64,000 bases of DNA from an uncultured Spirochaetota bacterium. Its GTDB lineage: Bacteria > Spirochaetota > Brevinematia > Brevinematales > JAOACQ01. The stretch lies in contig CAWIGG010000004.1 in NCBI GenBank assembly GCA_963835575.1, positions 352,001 through 416,000 on the forward strand, written 5' to 3'. Shown here piece by piece: positions 59,345-64,000 of the stretch. Numbering within the stretch: the first letter of the stretch is position 1; every line of letters begins with the position of its first letter. The translations under genes and the position numbers were made by a program. The notes under the pieces are model-generated. The model was given only the letters and a program-made list of their open reading frames with translations, did no database searches and was not told the DNA's origin.

Positions 59345-60217
59345 TTATTTAAAAACTATTTCCGTTCCGATTCCGGCGTCGGTAAGAAGTTCCAGGATCA
59401 GCGAATGCTCGATTGTTCCGTCGATGATATGAACTTTATCTACGCCGCTTTTCACGGCATTTACAGCCGAGTCGACCTTTGGAAGCATCCCTTTATTGAT
59501 AAGACCTTCTTTTTTTAATTTATTAATGCCGTTTTCATTTATTGAAGGTATAAAAGTGTTTTCATCTTTTAAATCCCTGTAAATACCTTTGATATCTGTC
59601 ATATAAATGAGTTTTGATGCTTTGACACTGACGGCGATTTCTCCCGCCGCCGTATCCGCGTTGATATTATATGTTTTTCCGTCTAATCCGATGGCAACAG
59701 GCGAAACGACAGGGATATAGCCTTCATTTGTTAAAGTAAAAAGCAGCTCGGGATTTACTTTTGTAATGCTGCCCACCTGGCCGAGGTCAAGCTTTTTATT
59801 TGTATTATCTTCTTTCTTTTTTGCCATGATGAGATTGCTGTCTTTACCCGAAATACCGACGGCTTTGCCTCCGTTTGAGTTTATAAGGGCCACAATTTCT
59901 TTATTAATCAGGCCGCTTAATACCATTTCGGTGATTTCCATGGTTTCCTTGTCCGTTACCCTGTGCCCCTCAATGAATACCGCTTCTTTTCCAAGTTTTT
60001 CCATCAGGGATGTAATATGCGGGCCTCCTCCATGAACGACTATGATATTCAGGCCGATTAACTTTAACAGGATCAGGTCCTGGATGACTTTTTCCTTCAG
60101 GACAGGGTCTTCCATCGCATTCCCGCCGTATTTGATAACGACGGTCTTTTTATAAAATTCTTTGATATAAGGCATGGCTTCAATAATTATACGGGCTTTT
60201 TCGATATACTTCTGCAT
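59345..60217 (-). CDS. argB: Acetylglutamate kinase
   Basis: VIKYGGNAM, VHGGGP, NINADTAA and GMLPK. Confidence 0.95.
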   Translation of the reverse strand: MQKYIEKARIIIEAMPYIKEFYKKTVVIKYGGNAMEDPVLKEKVIQDLILLKLIGLNIIVVHGGGPHITSLMEKLGKEAVFIEGHRVTDKETMEITEMVLSGLINKEIVALINSNGGKAVGISGKDSNLIMAKKKEDNTNKKLDLGQVGSITKVNPELLFTLTNEGYIPVVSPVAIGLDGKTYNINADTAAGEIAVSVKASKLIYMTDIKGIYRDLKDENTFIPSINENGINKLKKEGLINKGMLPKVDSAVNAVKSGVDKVHIIDGTIEHSLILELLTDAGIGTEIVFK

Positions 60218-60235
60218 ACTTTAACTCCCTTTTCT

Positions 60236-60263
60236 AAAAAAAGGACACGGAAATTCCGTGTCC
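60236..60263 (-). terminator. Rho-independent terminator after tRNA-Pro
   Basis: GGACACGGAA/TTCCGTGTCC stem followed by a T run on the minus strand. Confidence 0.75.
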
Positions 60264-60271
60264 AGCAAAAT

Positions 60272-60347
60272 TCGGGGTGGTGAGATTCGAACTCACGGCC
60301 CCTACCACCCCAAGGTAGTGCGCTAAACCAAACTGCGCTACACCCCG
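60272..60347 (-). tRNA. tRNA-Pro(GGG), CCA not encoded
   Basis: CGGGGTGTAGCGCAGTTTGGTTTAGCGCACTACCTTGGGGTGGTAGGGGCCGTGAGTTCGAATCTCACCACCCCGA; upstream TTGACT-N17-TAGAAT at 60408-60436. Confidence 0.93.
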
Positions 60348-60594
60348 ATAAAAAGTATAATTGTTTTTCATGTTATTTCAAACAAACATCAAGAAATCCA
60401 ACAGAATATTCTAATTTTTATACCATCAAAAGTCAAGTAAATGTCGAGCCTTATTGAAGGTGTGGTCAAAAATTCGATAATAGTATAATTTGTTTTTACA
60501 AGCAGTTGATATAATAATCATTGCTTTTTACGTATATGATTTCAGTGTTAAATATAGAAGCCGTCCCTGATTATCCTGATAACTAAGGAAATCC

Positions 60595-61341
60595 TTATTT
60601 ATCCCGGAGTTCGGCCTGGATTTCCGCTTCGCTTTTTCTGAGATAAACGGGAAGGATGGAATTAATTTCAAATGAATGTCTCTTTTCAGATTGAATACAT
60701 GCCAGATTACAGATTGTAAAACCCGAGATAACTTTATCTATAATTAAATAGCACTTCTTGCCTGATATTTTATCAAACATTGAAGAGTACCTGGCAAGAC
60801 CATCGCCTGTAAACACTATATCTTTTTCTTTACGTTTTTTGATAATCTCCAGAAGAGTTTCCGGCTCAATATCATAATCTTCTGATATTCTCTTTTCCCT
60901 GCTGAAAAGCGCCGAAAAAACCTTGTTCATTCTCGCGTCGATAAGAGGCACTATAAGCGAGGATTCGTTTAAGAGCGGTAAAGGCAGTGAATGAACCAGT
61001 AATTCCAGGGAAGATAATCCGATAATTTTCTTTTTTAATGTCCAGGCGATTGATTTGGCGGTCGCAATACCGATCCTCAGGCCTGTAAATGAACCAGGAC
61101 CTATTCCTACGGCAATCAGATCGATTTCCGCTATATTTCGTTTCAATATTTCAAATCCGGAATGGATTGCATGGAGCAGTTTTTCTTCCTGGCTGAATGG
61201 GGCTTTCAAATGCATTTCCAGCTGATAATCCTGAGGCTTGTTATTTTTAGAATCGGTTTCATTTAAATGATCAGGCCCGGAAAAGCTTATTCCGATTGAT
61301 GTATCAGATAAAAAAGAAGTATCAATACCTAGAATATGCAT
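60595..61341 (-). CDS. tsaB: tRNA t6A biosynthesis protein TsaB
   Basis: ILGIDTS, GPGSFTGLRIG, IDAR and PVYLR. Confidence 0.92.
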   Translation of the reverse strand: MHILGIDTSFLSDTSIGISFSGPDHLNETDSKNNKPQDYQLEMHLKAPFSQEEKLLHAIHSGFEILKRNIAEIDLIAVGIGPGSFTGLRIGIATAKSIAWTLKKKIIGLSSLELLVHSLPLPLLNESSLIVPLIDARMNKVFSALFSREKRISEDYDIEPETLLEIIKKRKEKDIVFTGDGLARYSSMFDKISGKKCYLIIDKVISGFTICNLACIQSEKRHSFEINSILPVYLRKSEAEIQAELRDK

Positions 61342-61346
61342 AATTT

Positions 61347-61901
61347 TTATCCCGGTTTCTTTTTTGAAAAAATTGATAGAGTTGTATCTCCGTAATGCTT
61401 TTCAGTAACAAAAAACGGATATTGAGAAAAATTATTTTTATTGGCATGCTCCAGTATAAACAGGCCGTTTTTCTTTAAATATAAAAAGCATATAGAGTGC
61501 AATTCTTCAAAATGATTTTCAATGTCCCTGTAAAAAGGATCCGCAAAGATGATGTCAAAAGGTTCAACAGCCGTTTCTTTAAAAAGCTCATCCAGCTGAA
61601 GGACATTGTGTTTGATTGTCCGGTATTTCAGCTTATCATTAACAATATTGTCCACGTTTTTCTTCAGGAACATATAGTTTTTAGAAGCGTCTTCCACAAA
61701 ACAGGCAAAGGCCGCTCCGTTACTGAGGGCTTCTATGCCGATAGCGCCGCTTCCGCAGTAAAGATCGAGGAATCGCGCATCATGAACAATGTTTTGAATG
61801 ATATTCATTACCGCCAGCCTGACTTTATCCGTAGTCGGTTTAATGCCGGATTTTGGAATGAGGAGCGGCTGTCCTTTAAAGATACCTGAAGATATTTTCA
61901 T
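61347..61901 (-). CDS. rsmD: 16S rRNA m2G966 methyltransferase
   Basis: PTTDKVR, LDLYCGSGAIGIEALS, DPFY and YGDT. Confidence 0.85.
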   Translation of the reverse strand: MKISSGIFKGQPLLIPKSGIKPTTDKVRLAVMNIIQNIVHDARFLDLYCGSGAIGIEALSNGAAFACFVEDASKNYMFLKKNVDNIVNDKLKYRTIKHNVLQLDELFKETAVEPFDIIFADPFYRDIENHFEELHSICFLYLKKNGLFILEHANKNNFSQYPFFVTEKHYGDTTLSIFSKKKPG

Positions 61902-61904
61902 CAG

Positions 61905-62612
61905 CTATACTTCCTGTATGATCGTACCGACCTTTTTGCCCAGGATCGCGTTTTTAATGTTTCCTTCGTCAAAAATATTCAGGACCATAATTGGGAGATG
62001 ATTGTCCATACAGAGCGTGATTGCGGTAGAATCCATGATTTTAAGCTGTTTATCAAGAACTTCCTGATAGGTGATTTTTTCATAACGAACGGCGTCCGCA
62101 TGCTTTTTTGGGTCCTTCGAATAAACCCCGTCGACTTTTGTGGCTTTCATCATAATTTCGGCATTGATCTCTATTGCCCTGAGAACAGCGGCCGTATCGG
62201 TTGAAAAATAGGGATTACCGGTGCCTCCGGCAAAAATAACGATCCGGCTTTTCTCAAGATGGCGGATTGCCCTGCGTCGGATGAATGATTCGGCGACAGA
62301 TGTGACATTGATGGCGGATTGGACGCGTGTCTGAAGATGGAATTTTTCTTCTAAAACCGACTGCAGCGCCAGCGAATTGATGACAGTAGCCAGCATTCCC
62401 ATATAATCGGCAGTGGTCCTGAGGACGCCGAATTTATCCGCCTCAGTACCCCGGATGATATTGCCTCCGCCGACAACAACGCCGATGGCGGTTTTCAGGC
62501 TTGAGGCGTCGGCAATCTGCTTGGCTACTTCGCTGATAGCGACATAATCAAGGCCGCCTTTTGTTCCGCCGAAAACCTCGCCGCTGACTTTTAATAAAAC
62601 TCTTTTATACAT
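61905..62612 (-). CDS. pyrH: UMP kinase
   Basis: LLKVSGE, GGGN, DYMGMLAT and GNPYFSTD. Confidence 0.96.
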   Translation of the reverse strand: MYKRVLLKVSGEVFGGTKGGLDYVAISEVAKQIADASSLKTAIGVVVGGGNIIRGTEADKFGVLRTTADYMGMLATVINSLALQSVLEEKFHLQTRVQSAINVTSVAESFIRRRAIRHLEKSRIVIFAGGTGNPYFSTDTAAVLRAIEINAEIMMKATKVDGVYSKDPKKHADAVRYEKITYQEVLDKQLKIMDSTAITLCMDNHLPIMVLNIFDEGNIKNAILGKKVGTIIQEV

Positions 62613-62642
62613 AAGCCACTCCTTAAAAGAAAGGAATGCAAA

Positions 62643-62671
62643 ATAAAGGCGGGTGTTTAGCCCGCCTTTAT
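62643..62671 (-). terminator. Stem-loop after tsf
   Basis: ATAAAGGCGGG / CCCGCCTTTAT. Confidence 0.65.
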
Positions 62672-62685
62672 CGTAAAATTCATAA

Positions 62686-63516
62686 TTAGAGAGAAACCCT
62701 TACAAAGGAATTGACTTTAAAGGGAACCCCTTTCGCTTTTTCAAAATCATCAAGGACCTGTTTTACTTTCTTTTCTTCATCAAATATATAAAGCTGCTCT
62801 AAAAGGATGCTTTCATTAAAAAACTTTTCCAGCTTTCCTTTTACTATAGTTTCAATTATCTTGTCCGGTTTACCGGTCAGTTTTGCTTCTTCCGTAAAGG
62901 CTTTTTTTAATTCTTCCAATTTATCTTTTGGAACAGAATCCGCGTCTACTGAGATAGGGTTCATCGCGGTTATCTGCATCGCGAAATTCTTCATCATCTG
63001 GTTTGTATCGTCGTCCTTATTACTCACTCCAAAATCAGCTACAACGGCGACTTTTGTTTTAAACATATCCCTGTGTGTATAGGGATATAATTCGCCTTTA
63101 GCGTCGATGAATTTCCAATCGCTGATCAGTATATTTTCGCCGATTTTAGCGATAACGTTCCTGCGGAGCTCTTCGAGATCGGCAGGCAGCTCTTTTGTTA
63201 ACGGGTATTTCTTCTTAAAAATGAGTTCCAGCGCTTCGCTGACAAACTTATTAAAATCGTCTGTTTTTGCCACAAAATCGGTTTCACAGTTGATTTTGAG
63301 CACAAGGCCTTTTTTTCCTTCGATTTTTAAAACAACTATCCCTTCATTGGCGGCGCGGCCCTCTTTTTTATCGGCTTTGCTGAGACCTTTCCTTTTCAAG
63401 ATCTCTACAGCCTTTGCCACATCGCCTTTTGTCTCTATAAGGGTCTGTTTGCAGTCAACTATACCCGCGCCGGTTTTTTCCTTTACTTCTTTTATTAAAC
63501 TTGCGCTGATTTCCAT
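62686..63516 (-). CDS. tsf: Elongation factor Ts
   Basis: TGAG..DCK, NCETDFVA and GKPDKI..IVKGK. Confidence 0.96.
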   Translation of the reverse strand: MEISASLIKEVKEKTGAGIVDCKQTLIETKGDVAKAVEILKRKGLSKADKKEGRAANEGIVVLKIEGKKGLVLKINCETDFVAKTDDFNKFVSEALELIFKKKYPLTKELPADLEELRRNVIAKIGENILISDWKFIDAKGELYPYTHRDMFKTKVAVVADFGVSNKDDDTNQMMKNFAMQITAMNPISVDADSVPKDKLEELKKAFTEEAKLTGKPDKIIETIVKGKLEKFFNESILLEQLYIFDEEKKVKQVLDDFEKAKGVPFKVNSFVRVSL

Positions 63517-63588
63517 ATTAGCTCCTTGGTTGATACAATATTCATTATTAACCTTTAACTCTAGGAATAAGGATAATAAGCAGTAATT

Positions 63589-64000
63589 TTATATCTTTTT
63601 GATAAGATCGTCTTCGATTTCTTCAACTTCTTCGTCTAATTCCGCGGCGGCAGGCTGGTCTGTCGCGGCCGCTTCTTCAATTTCTGTTTCAACATCTTTC
63701 TTGGCGGCATAAGTTGATCCTTCAATAACAGCGTCGGCCATTATGGAAGTAAGAAGTTTTACTGAACGGATTGCGTCGTCGTTACCCGGCACGATATAAT
63801 CAAGCAGATCGGGATCACAGTTGGTATCGGCAATACCGAAAACCTTTACGCCCAGAGCTTTCGCTTCGAGCACGGCATTGATTTCCCTTTTAACATCCAC
63901 AATCCACATGGCGTTAGGGATCTTTTTCATATCGCGGAGCCCTTCATAAAAAGACTTCATCTTGGTGATTTCCCTTTCGATTTCAAGGGCTTCCCTCTTG
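63589..64000 (-). CDS. rpsB: 30S ribosomal protein S2, 5' part outside the window
   Basis: DTNCDPD and PGNDDAIRS; upstream of tsf. Confidence 0.95.
   Translation of the reverse strand, partial: KREALEIEREITKMKSFYEGLRDMKKIPNAMWIVDVKREINAVLEAKALGVKVFGIADTNCDPDLLDYIVPGNDDAIRSVKLLTSIMADAVIEGSTYAAKKDVETEIEEAAATDQPAAAELDEEVEEIEDDLIKKI

Noticed and set aside
60565..60596. Short CCTGAT repeat resembling a locus E arm
   Set aside because: Only two units and no inverted partner; could be chance.
171..63586. Many short ORFs antisense to or overlapping well-supported genes
   Set aside because: Shadow frames with no motifs or RBS.

Overview
Bacterial chromosomal window, probably from a spirochaete-like organism (inferred from the flgN-flgK-flgL-fliW-csrA-bactofilin order; not provable here). 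Left to right it contains: a phosphate-starvation cluster (PHP-GT4 fusion, CBS-SpoIIE phosphatase, sixA, phoB, phoR, porin-like gene, pstSCAB-phoU, arsC), two K+ transporters, purE, a UDP-glucuronate decarboxylase, a flagellar operon, an AT-rich accessory island with two IS256 copies and a disrupted MazF-type toxin, hydF, an accessory run including a subclass B1 metallo-beta-lactamase, an IS1182-like element, and housekeeping genes (lptE-like, holA, tRNA-Lys, secF/secD/yajC, yidC, mnmE, mtgA, dut, panC, pyrG, argB, tRNA-Pro, tsaB, rsmD, pyrH, tsf, partial rpsB). The most striking unexplained structure is a family of paired, inverted arms built from 8-10 bp periodic micro-repeats. Three pairs bracket AT-rich cargo genes (GGCT-like, TIR-like, Trypco2-like plus a toxin-antitoxin module) and two pairs are empty. 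No dedicated recombinase is present, so this is a candidate undescribed gene-cassette or capture system. Protein family calls are from motif recognition only; no searches were run.
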